Source: an uncultured Clostridia bacterium
GTDB lineage: Bacteria; Bacillota; Clostridia; Oscillospirales; Ruminococcaceae
Direction of reading: 5' to 3'
NCBI GenBank assembly: GCA_947625155.1
Contig: CANQNG010000001.1
Span: 39,148 to 103,147 of the forward strand
Length of the DNA stretch: 64,000 nt
The notes below the pieces were generated by a model, which saw only the letters and a list, made by a program, of their open reading frames with translations, was not told where the DNA came from and made no database searches. The first letter of the stretch is position 1, and every line of letters starts with the position of its first letter. Made by a program: the position numbers and the translations under genes. Positions 45,120-52,714 of this stretch are shown piece after piece.

Positions 45120-45148
45120 ATTATAGCAGAACTCTCTCCGGAATGCAA
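45120..45148 (-). promoter_or_regulatory. Sigma-A type promoter of the riboswitch-controlled lipoprotein operon
   Basis: On the minus strand: TTGCAT (45148-45143), 17-nt spacer, TATAAT (45125-45120). Confidence 0.7.
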
Positions 45149-45222
45149 GCCTTTCCGGGAGAAATAGGCAGTTTTTTCAGAAATATGCACATTTTTTCCG
45201 GATCTTCGTCATATCTGCTAAA

Positions 45223-45251
45223 GATCCCCGCTGCCTATGCAGCGGGGGATC
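45223..45251 (-). terminator. Hairpin after the dockerin-protein gene (terminator-like, weak U tract)
   Basis: GATCCCCGCTGC-CTAT-GCAGCGGGGGATC, a 12-bp stem with a one-base bulge, starting 4 nt after the stop codon. The downstream T run is poor. Confidence 0.45.
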
Positions 45252-45254
45252 AGA

Positions 45255-48020
45255 TCATTCTGTCATCCTCATTCCGGTTTTCCCGGTGTTGTCCTGTCCG
45301 AGCAGATACCGCTGCATTGCCACAACATCGCCCACACCGGCGCTGCCATTTCCGTCACAGTCTGCGATCACATCCGCAGTACCGGAAAGTACGGCATATT
45401 TCAGGAGGGCAAGGTCGAAAGTGTCGATCATTTCGTTCCCGTCCATGTCGCCGACATAGAACGCCCTTACAGGCGGGAGGACTTCTTCGGTTTCCGTGTA
45501 ATAGTATTCCGGTTCGGCAACTTCCTTAAAGTTCACCCGGAAGAAGTCCATCGACCCGATAGATCCGCCGATCGTGTAGTCAGCTCCCGTGGAAATGACC
45601 TCCGCCGGGTCAAGTGTGACCGTTCCGGCAGCGGCTGTTTCCCCATTGACAACGAGCTTGGCATCGTCACCGCTCAGCACAAGGCTGACCGTTACCCACT
45701 CACCGTTGTTGTAGACATTCCCGGTAGTGAGAGTTTCCGCCTGTCCGTCTTTGGCAGCGATGAACGTGAAAGCACCGTCTTTCGCCGTCAGTGTCATATA
45801 GGTATCCGCATCCCCGAAGCGGAAGATCGTTCCGTTCCCCCGCATCAGGACTGCTGTCTGGTAATCGGCATCGTGCAGCGCCGCATAGGAGCTGTCTGCT
45901 ATCAGCTTCTGGTCGGTATCCGTAAAGGTGAGCACGCCCTTTCCACTTGTGCGGTCTTCCTCCCAGAGCGGTGTATTCAGGGCAGCCGCATAGGTGGAAG
46001 TGTAGGTATCGACAGCGATCCGGCTGCTGTCCTCTGTAAATTCCAGCCCGGCATACTGTCCGTCTGAATAAGGACGGCTGTTGACATAGGTGTCCGGGCT
46101 TGCCCAGCCATAGACAGAGCCCTGCGCCAGTGTCCGGCTCGAATCGTCATAGTAGTCGCCGTCTGCGATCGCCTGTCCGCCTGCTGCACCGTCAGCCATA
46201 CAGAAAGCCACGCCCTTGACGGAAGCATTTCCGCTGACGGCATAATTTCCATAGACCATACCGCTTTCGAGTACACGGGCATTTTCGGAAACGACCGCAC
46301 TGCCTGTTACACCTGCATAGTCGGCAACAATGGCATTATCTTTCACCTGTGCCCGTTCTGCCACAACGGCATGACCGGTCACAATGGCATTCCCGGAGAC
46401 CTGTGCGCTGTCCGTAACGGTCGCATAGCCGTCAATGACTGCATTCCCGGAAACCTTCGCATAGCCAAGTACCCGTGCGTTTTCGCCGACATAAACGCTG
46501 TCATCGACCTGCGCTGTGGCTGCCACAAAACCGCCGCCGTTCGGGTGATGGCTGCCTTGCAGCATGGCAGAACTGATCCGCTCCTGCTGTATCTCTGCCC
46601 CGTCCAGCGTGACCGCATAGGGGTAGCGTGTCTTACTCAAAAATGGCACATGATCTTCGTCAAATTCTCCCTCATTGTATGCCCACGGCACACCGACCTG
46701 CATCAGCGTTTCCGTATCGGGGGTAGCAGTGACGGTAAGATAAGCTTCCGCATCGGCTGCGGCATCATAGGGCATCGTGACCTGCTCTCCGGCTGAAAAC
46801 AGCTTGGAATAGCGTGTTTCGCCGTCCCGCTGCTTCACAACGATGCAGGCTCTCCAGTCCGCACCTGCCACATCTGTCAGACCCTCGAGTGTGACCGTGA
46901 TCGCATCCCCCTTGACGGCAAGCGGGATCAGGTTGATGCCGAACTGCTGCGGCGCACGTTCGGTCGGGACGGTGTAGAAATTCTCCCGTTCGCTGCTCTG
47001 TTCGAGAAGCGTGTAGATCTGTCCCCAGTTCCATGCACCGGAAGAAAGCAACTGTTCCTGCCGGGCAAGATAGCGTTCCTGCTGTGCAAGATCGAGGGTG
47101 GCAAGGCGCTTTGCATAGTTGCCGAGCGTTTCCTTGAGGTCTGCCCCTGAAAGGCGTTCGATCTCCAGATAGGGGTATTCATCGACCTCCCCCTGCTGCA
47201 TCATGGAGCGCATGAAGTCCTTGCCATAGCCGGGCAGACCGTCCGGGTTTTCCGTCAGGTACTGGAGAAATGCCCACGAGGCATAATTGTCTCGTCCCAA
47301 GATCGGCGTGAAGCAGAGGTTTTTCATATAGGTCTCAAAGTAGTCCGTACCGCTTGCCGGGTCTGTCACCCATTGGCTGTAATAGTCCGAATAGAGGAAC
47401 TGTTCTCTGTACCAGTTGCCGATAGATTCCCACCATGACTGCACATATTTATTGGCATTCCAGCCCCGCTGGTGCGCTGTCACAACGTGTCCGAATTCAT
47501 GCGGCAGCACCCATGAGGGATTCGGGCTGTTCTGCATCGCACCCACGCAGCAGAACATATAGGCAAAGCCCTCTCTGTCATACGCCATGTATGCCCAGTC
47601 ATCCGTAAAGCCATCCAGCCCTGTGCCGGAAATGTAGAAATTGACCTTGTACTGGTTCCCGTCCCGGAGCGCAAGGTCAACGGACTGCGTAGGCGGTTCC
47701 ATTTGCAGGTCGTCCATGTACACGGCATAGCAGGCTTCGAGGTGTGCGGCATTTTCCTGTAGAAATGCCTCTGTGACCTGTGCGGAATCCGCACCGTTCT
47801 TTCCCCAGATGAACTGAAAATGCTCCGATCCCCAGCGTTCCACATCCTGTCCGCTGCAAAGGACATCCCTTGTTTTCAGCGCATCTGCCTGTACCTGTAC
47901 GGCATCCGTCGTGCCGAGTTGGATCGCCTGTGCCGGAACAGCCCCCGTGCCGAAGCACATTGCCGCCGCACAGACCCCGGCGGCAATACGCCGCCAATGT
48001 TTGTGGTCGCTCATCTTCAT
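45255..48020 (-). CDS. Secreted dockerin-containing multidomain protein: HExxH (zincin-like) domain + beta-helix repeats + LamG-like domain + type-I dockerin
   Basis: 921 aa. Signal peptide ...CFGTGAVPAQA. HEFGH at residues 174-178 (nt 47487-47501). 18-residue repeats VSGNAVIDGYATVTDSAQ / VSGNAIVTGHAVVAERAQ / VKDNAIVADYAGVTGSAV / VSENARVLESGMVYGNYA (about nt 46206-46523). C-terminal dockerin duplicated Ca-binding segments GDMDGNEMIDTFDLALLKYAVL and DCDGNGSAGVGDVVAMQRYLLG (nt 45291-45458). Confidence 0.85.
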   Translation of the reverse strand: MKMSDHKHWRRIAAGVCAAAMCFGTGAVPAQAIQLGTTDAVQVQADALKTRDVLCSGQDVERWGSEHFQFIWGKNGADSAQVTEAFLQENAAHLEACYAVYMDDLQMEPPTQSVDLALRDGNQYKVNFYISGTGLDGFTDDWAYMAYDREGFAYMFCCVGAMQNSPNPSWVLPHEFGHVVTAHQRGWNANKYVQSWWESIGNWYREQFLYSDYYSQWVTDPASGTDYFETYMKNLCFTPILGRDNYASWAFLQYLTENPDGLPGYGKDFMRSMMQQGEVDEYPYLEIERLSGADLKETLGNYAKRLATLDLAQQERYLARQEQLLSSGAWNWGQIYTLLEQSSERENFYTVPTERAPQQFGINLIPLAVKGDAITVTLEGLTDVAGADWRACIVVKQRDGETRYSKLFSAGEQVTMPYDAAADAEAYLTVTATPDTETLMQVGVPWAYNEGEFDEDHVPFLSKTRYPYAVTLDGAEIQQERISSAMLQGSHHPNGGGFVAATAQVDDSVYVGENARVLGYAKVSGNAVIDGYATVTDSAQVSGNAIVTGHAVVAERAQVKDNAIVADYAGVTGSAVVSENARVLESGMVYGNYAVSGNASVKGVAFCMADGAAGGQAIADGDYYDDSSRTLAQGSVYGWASPDTYVNSRPYSDGQYAGLEFTEDSSRIAVDTYTSTYAAALNTPLWEEDRTSGKGVLTFTDTDQKLIADSSYAALHDADYQTAVLMRGNGTIFRFGDADTYMTLTAKDGAFTFIAAKDGQAETLTTGNVYNNGEWVTVSLVLSGDDAKLVVNGETAAAGTVTLDPAEVISTGADYTIGGSIGSMDFFRVNFKEVAEPEYYYTETEEVLPPVRAFYVGDMDGNEMIDTFDLALLKYAVLSGTADVIADCDGNGSAGVGDVVAMQRYLLGQDNTGKTGMRMTE

Positions 48021-48070
48021 ATTCCCCCTGAAAAATTCTGCCTGTCTGTCATTCTATGGCAGTTACAAGA

Positions 48071-48099
48071 ATTATACCATAAATTCCTGACAAAGTCAA
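48071..48099 (-). promoter_or_regulatory. Sigma-A type promoter of the dockerin-protein gene
   Basis: On the minus strand: TTGACT (48099-48094), 17-nt spacer ending in TGG, TATAAT (48076-48071). Confidence 0.7.
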
Positions 48100-48151
48100 T
48101 AAGATCATAGGAAAAAACACGGCAAAAGCATTTATTTTTACGTTATGGGGC

Positions 48152-48180
48152 TTGAGATCCTGACGAAAATGTGGTATACT
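48152..48180 (+). promoter_or_regulatory. Sigma-A type promoter of pepF
   Basis: TTGAGA (48152-48157), 17-nt spacer ending in TGG, TATACT (48175-48180). Confidence 0.6.
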
Positions 48181-48255
48181 ATAAAGGCAACACCACACAA
48201 AGACCGCCTGACGGCTTTGCACGGTGCTGCCTAAAAAACGAAAGGACGATCTGCC

Positions 48256-50037
48256 ATGCTCAGAACAGAGATACAAGAACAGGACAAATGGGATCTTACT
48301 ACGATCTATGCGACCACAGAGGACTGGGAAAAAGCCGTTGCGGAAGCACAGGCACGCATTCCCTGTTTTCCGGAACTGCTTCCGGAAATGCTTTCCTCCC
48401 CGGAGGCGCTTTTCCGGACAGTGGAGGCGCTTGTCAAATTGGAAGCAGCAGTGCAAAAGATCTACACCTACGCCAATTTGCGCTATTCGGAGGATACTTC
48501 GGACAATACTGCCCGTCAGCTGATGGGACGTGCGCAAGATCTGTCAACAGCACTTGCGGAAGCGACTTCCGGCTTTGATACGGCATTGCTGTCCCTCACC
48601 CCGGAGATGCTTGCCAAATTTACAGAGGACTATCCACCGCTGCGGGCGTATGAGATCCTGCTCCGGAATATGCTGCGCTTTCATCTGCACACCCTGTCTG
48701 CCCCGGAGGAAGCGCTTTTAGCCGCCTTTGAAAAAGAGCGCTCCACGGCTTCGGAGACCTATGAGACCATGACGGCTTCCGACCTGCGGTTCGGGACAAC
48801 GATCGATGAGGACGGCAAGGAGATCGAACTGACCGACACGCTCTACGCCCGTCTGGTGCGCTCCGAAAACCGTGAGGTGCGCAAGTCGGCATTTGAGACA
48901 CTATATGCAGGCTATGACCGTTTCCGGAATACCTTTGCTTCCCTGTATGCCGGACAAATTGAAACAGAGAAAGTCTGCGCTAAAGTACGCCATTACGGCT
49001 CTGCGCTGGAACATTCTCTGTTCTATGACCATGTGACACCGGAGATCTACCGGAATATCGTGAAAAACGTCAGCTCCCACCTCGATGTGCTGTTCCGCTA
49101 TTACCGCCTGAAAAAGAAAGTACTGGGTCTGGAAGAGCTGCATATGTATGACATTTATGTCCCCCTCAGTCAGCAGAGCAGGCAGCATTACACCTATGCG
49201 GAAGCAAAGGAAGAAGTGCTTGCCGCCTGCGGTATTTTCGGGGAAGAATACGTGAACACGCTCCGCAAAGGCTATGAAAGCCGCTGGGTGGATGTCTACC
49301 CGAACACCGGCAAGGTCGGCGGTGCCTTTTCAGGCGGCTGTGCCGGAACAGCGCCGTTTATCCTGCTGAATTTTCAGGGACTGGATGAAGATGTCTCCAC
49401 GCTTGCCCATGAGTCCGGGCATTCCATGCACAGCTGGTACACCCGCAGGAACAATCCCCTGCAATATGCGGATTACAGCATCTTTGTCGCCGAAGTGCCG
49501 TCCACGGTCAATGAACTGCTGCTTGCCTATCACAAGCTCGAACACACGACCGACCGGGCAGAACGGCTTTCCATTCTGGGCGGCTTGCTGGAACTGTATA
49601 AGGGAACGATCTTCCGGCAGGTGATGTTTGCGGAATTTGAGGACGAAATGCACACCCTCTCGGAAAACGGAGAGATCCTGACAGCCGATCTGCTGTGTGA
49701 AAAATATTATGCCCTTAACCAGAAATATTTCGGAAATGAAGTCGTTCTTGACAAACAGATCGCCTCTGAATGGATGCGGATACCGCATTTTTACTACGGA
49801 TTTTATGTGTACAAATACGCCATCGGTCTGACTGCCGCAAGCCATATCGTCCGCCGTCTCCGTGCGCACGGACCGGGTGCATTGGATGCCTATCTGCGAT
49901 TCCTGAAACTGGGCAGCACGCAGACCCCCATCGCATCCCTTAAGATCGCAGGCGTGGACATGACCGGAACAGAAGCCTTTGACAGCGCCGTGAAAACTTT
50001 CGGCGAACTGATCGACGAATTTGAAGCACTGCTGTGA
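48256..50037 (+). CDS. pepF: Oligoendopeptidase F (M3B family)
   Basis: 593 aa. Zinc motif LAHESGHSMHS with a downstream Glu, and the N-terminal WDLTTIY pattern typical of PepF. Confidence 0.92.
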   Translation: MLRTEIQEQDKWDLTTIYATTEDWEKAVAEAQARIPCFPELLPEMLSSPEALFRTVEALVKLEAAVQKIYTYANLRYSEDTSDNTARQLMGRAQDLSTALAEATSGFDTALLSLTPEMLAKFTEDYPPLRAYEILLRNMLRFHLHTLSAPEEALLAAFEKERSTASETYETMTASDLRFGTTIDEDGKEIELTDTLYARLVRSENREVRKSAFETLYAGYDRFRNTFASLYAGQIETEKVCAKVRHYGSALEHSLFYDHVTPEIYRNIVKNVSSHLDVLFRYYRLKKKVLGLEELHMYDIYVPLSQQSRQHYTYAEAKEEVLAACGIFGEEYVNTLRKGYESRWVDVYPNTGKVGGAFSGGCAGTAPFILLNFQGLDEDVSTLAHESGHSMHSWYTRRNNPLQYADYSIFVAEVPSTVNELLLAYHKLEHTTDRAERLSILGGLLELYKGTIFRQVMFAEFEDEMHTLSENGEILTADLLCEKYYALNQKYFGNEVVLDKQIASEWMRIPHFYYGFYVYKYAIGLTAASHIVRRLRAHGPGALDAYLRFLKLGSTQTPIASLKIAGVDMTGTEAFDSAVKTFGELIDEFEALL

Positions 50038-50047
50038 TGCTCGGCTG

Positions 50048-50593
50048 TCAGGTCGTTTCTTCGAGAACGGCATCGATGACATTCGGCGCATAGTCTGCCT
50101 GTAAAATGCCCTCTGCCGTTCCGATCAGCCCGTTTTCATCGTAGACATAGGCAACGCCTGTCACAATGAACACATACTTGTCCCCGTACAGCCAGACACC
50201 GTTTTTCAGTGTCTCTGCGTCTGTCATATCCTGTAAGCTGTACAGACCTGCGATCTCCTGCACGGAAAGCACTTCCACATCCTTGACAGACCCGGTCCGT
50301 ATATTAGGATGATGCAGATAACATGCTCCACCGCCGTCATAATAGTCCACATCCGCTGTGATACGGGCAATTCCACCGTCCGCAAGGGTAAGCGCATCCT
50401 GTGCAGCACAGCGCTCTACACCGATCTTGTATTCATCCATACTGTACAGCCCATCGCCGCAGCGGAACACCACCAGCTCCTCATTTTTGACCGTTGTGAT
50501 CTCCATATAGTCCGGATAAGGTGCATGATGTTTCGCTGTACACCCCGTCAGCAGCACCAGTACTGCCAGAACCGTACAAAATATCCTGTGCAT
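50048..50593 (-). CDS. Hypothetical lipoprotein
   Basis: The ATG at 50593 follows GGAGG. Lipobox MHRIFCTVLAVLVLLTGC. I recognise no domain. It lies immediately downstream of the VWA lipoprotein gene. Confidence 0.6.
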   Translation of the reverse strand: MHRIFCTVLAVLVLLTGCTAKHHAPYPDYMEITTVKNEELVVFRCGDGLYSMDEYKIGVERCAAQDALTLADGGIARITADVDYYDGGGACYLHHPNIRTGSVKDVEVLSVQEIAGLYSLQDMTDAETLKNGVWLYGDKYVFIVTGVAYVYDENGLIGTAEGILQADYAPNVIDAVLEETT

Positions 50594-50607
50594 ACTTCCT
50601 CCTGTCA

Positions 50608-52017
50608 TTACTGCCCGTCCCGGTATTCCCGGATGATGCGCACGATGATGTCATGCAGCTTTTCCACTTCATAGTCACCAATAATGGGTTCTAAGTGGGA
50701 ATCACCGATACCGGAATCGTCCGTCAGGAACACATAGCTCCCGTTCGTGCAGATCGCAGCCGCCCGCCCGAACAGTTCTGTATCCCGTGAACCGTTCGAG
50801 GATACGACCGGAACAAGGTGAATGCCCCGCCGGGAAGCCTCCGCAATGGCAGCCTGTAAGGTTTCCTCCTGCCCGGTATGGGGCGGTGCATCAAAGATCA
50901 GGAATGCGACCTTGGCGGCATCGTCCTGCCAGCCCGCATGAAACATCGTCTCCTTGAGGACTTCGGCAACGGCTTCCGGTTCGTCACCGCCGCCGTCAGC
51001 CGATTCGCCAGAGAGCTGGGAACGGATCGCACTCACATCATTCGTAAAATCGCCTGTCCTTGTGACATAGCTGTCACCGGCATCCTTGTAGAAGCTGACT
51101 GCCCATGTGGTGTCGGCATCGCCGACCTCCTCGGCAATGGCGCTGAAATCGCTTTGCAGATAGAGCATCTCATCTCCCATCGATCCGGTGGTATCGAGAA
51201 TGAACATCACCTGTGTCTTGTCAAAGAGGACAGGCGTGCTTTCGAGGGTGATCTCCGTCTGTCTGTCCGTACTTCCGCCGCCCTGTGAACCGCCGGAAGC
51301 GGCTGCCTCAATGTCGGCAGTCTGCTGTGAACCGCCTCTGGAGAGCCGTACCTGTACACCGCTGCGTGTGCTGTCGATCAGATAGGCGTGTCCGTCCTTG
51401 TCCGTCACGGATGTCCAGACCACATTCCCGGCAGCATCGAGGAGTTCGGCAGTCGCATTCGGCAGGACAGCCCCATCCGCCGCCTTGGCAGTTACAGCGA
51501 CCCGGCAAGTCGGATCAAGCCCGAAACTTGGGAAAGCAATGACACCCGTGTTGACCAGATTCGAGAAGAATCCCCAGTTCTCATGGTCGTTCCATTGCCC
51601 GGCAGTCAGCAGGCTTGCCTGTGCCTGAACGCCATTTTGCAGCTTGCTGTCCGGGTCTTCCACATCCGGTCCCACCACATACGGGTCTACTACATCCGGT
51701 CCTTCCGGAACGGGTGCATCTCCCATAGCTTCCCCCGGGGCAGCTTCAAGTCCGTCTGCGGGATCCTCTGCTTCACCGGCTGCTTCAAGGGCTTCGTCGC
51801 CATAGTCCTCCGCTTTCATCACAACGTCTCCGGCATCGCCCTCGGCATCCACAGCACCCTCAGCCTCTCCGTGCGGTGCAGGGGATGCCGCAGCACCGCC
51901 GACTTCCGCAGGTGCGAAACCGTTCGTGTAAGATCCATCGCTTTTCGTACTGCACGCTGTGCAGGAGAGCAGTGTCATTAAAATTGCCAGTGTGTAAGCT
52001 GTTTTCTGTAATTTCAT
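50608..52017 (-). CDS. Lipoprotein with von Willebrand factor type A (VWA) domain
   Basis: Trimmed from ORF 50608..52101 to the ATG at 52017, which follows AAGGAGG. Lipobox LAILMTLLSCTAC and a long acidic low-complexity region. The VWA domain has a MIDAS-like FILDTTGSMGDE motif. Confidence 0.75.
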   Translation of the reverse strand: MKLQKTAYTLAILMTLLSCTACSTKSDGSYTNGFAPAEVGGAAASPAPHGEAEGAVDAEGDAGDVVMKAEDYGDEALEAAGEAEDPADGLEAAPGEAMGDAPVPEGPDVVDPYVVGPDVEDPDSKLQNGVQAQASLLTAGQWNDHENWGFFSNLVNTGVIAFPSFGLDPTCRVAVTAKAADGAVLPNATAELLDAAGNVVWTSVTDKDGHAYLIDSTRSGVQVRLSRGGSQQTADIEAAASGGSQGGGSTDRQTEITLESTPVLFDKTQVMFILDTTGSMGDEMLYLQSDFSAIAEEVGDADTTWAVSFYKDAGDSYVTRTGDFTNDVSAIRSQLSGESADGGGDEPEAVAEVLKETMFHAGWQDDAAKVAFLIFDAPPHTGQEETLQAAIAEASRRGIHLVPVVSSNGSRDTELFGRAAAICTNGSYVFLTDDSGIGDSHLEPIIGDYEVEKLHDIIVRIIREYRDGQ

Positions 52018-52168
52018 ATCAATTCCTCCTTCATGCCCTTGTCTGGGCTTCTGTTGATCAATACGGATGAAGAAGGCAATTTGTATGGGGCAGATATGCA
52101 CAAAGTTTCCAATATGATCTTATATAAAATCGACAAATTCATGAAACCCACAGAAAGGAGCATCCTAA

Positions 52169-52714
52169 ATGATCTACTATACAGCAGACCCCCATTTTGG
52201 GCATGAAGCGATCATCCGCTTCTGTCACCGTCCATTTGCCGATGTGGAAGAAATGAACAGGGTACTTATGGAAAACTGGAACAGCATTGTGCAGGAAGAA
52301 GATGAAGTCTATCTGCTCGGCGATGTGTTCTTCAAGGGCAGACCGGAACAGATCCTGCCCCGTCTCAACGGCAAAAAGCATCTCATCATCGGCAACCATG
52401 ACAGGCGGCATCTACAGAAAGAGAATTTCAACAGGCATTTTGAGAGCATACAGGAATACCTCTGCATCGACGACAACGGACGGCGTGTGGTGCTGTTCCA
52501 TTACCCGATCTATGAATGGGACGGTTTTTTCCGGGGCAGCTATCATCTATACGGGCATGTCCACAACAGCGAGGTCAACCGCATTATGCTCCGGCAGGAG
52601 CGTGCTTTCAATGCAGGTGTTGACCTCAATGACTTCACGCCGCAGACACTGGACAGCCTTATCCGGCGGAAACCGTTTCTTTTGGAGCAGTTCTGTCCGG
52701 TCTTTCCGGAATGA
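52169..52714 (+). CDS. Metallophosphoesterase family protein
   Basis: 181 aa. Calcineurin-like motifs: DPHFGH, LLGDV, GNHD, GHVH. Confidence 0.8.
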   Translation: MIYYTADPHFGHEAIIRFCHRPFADVEEMNRVLMENWNSIVQEEDEVYLLGDVFFKGRPEQILPRLNGKKHLIIGNHDRRHLQKENFNRHFESIQEYLCIDDNGRRVVLFHYPIYEWDGFFRGSYHLYGHVHNSEVNRIMLRQERAFNAGVDLNDFTPQTLDSLIRRKPFLLEQFCPVFPE

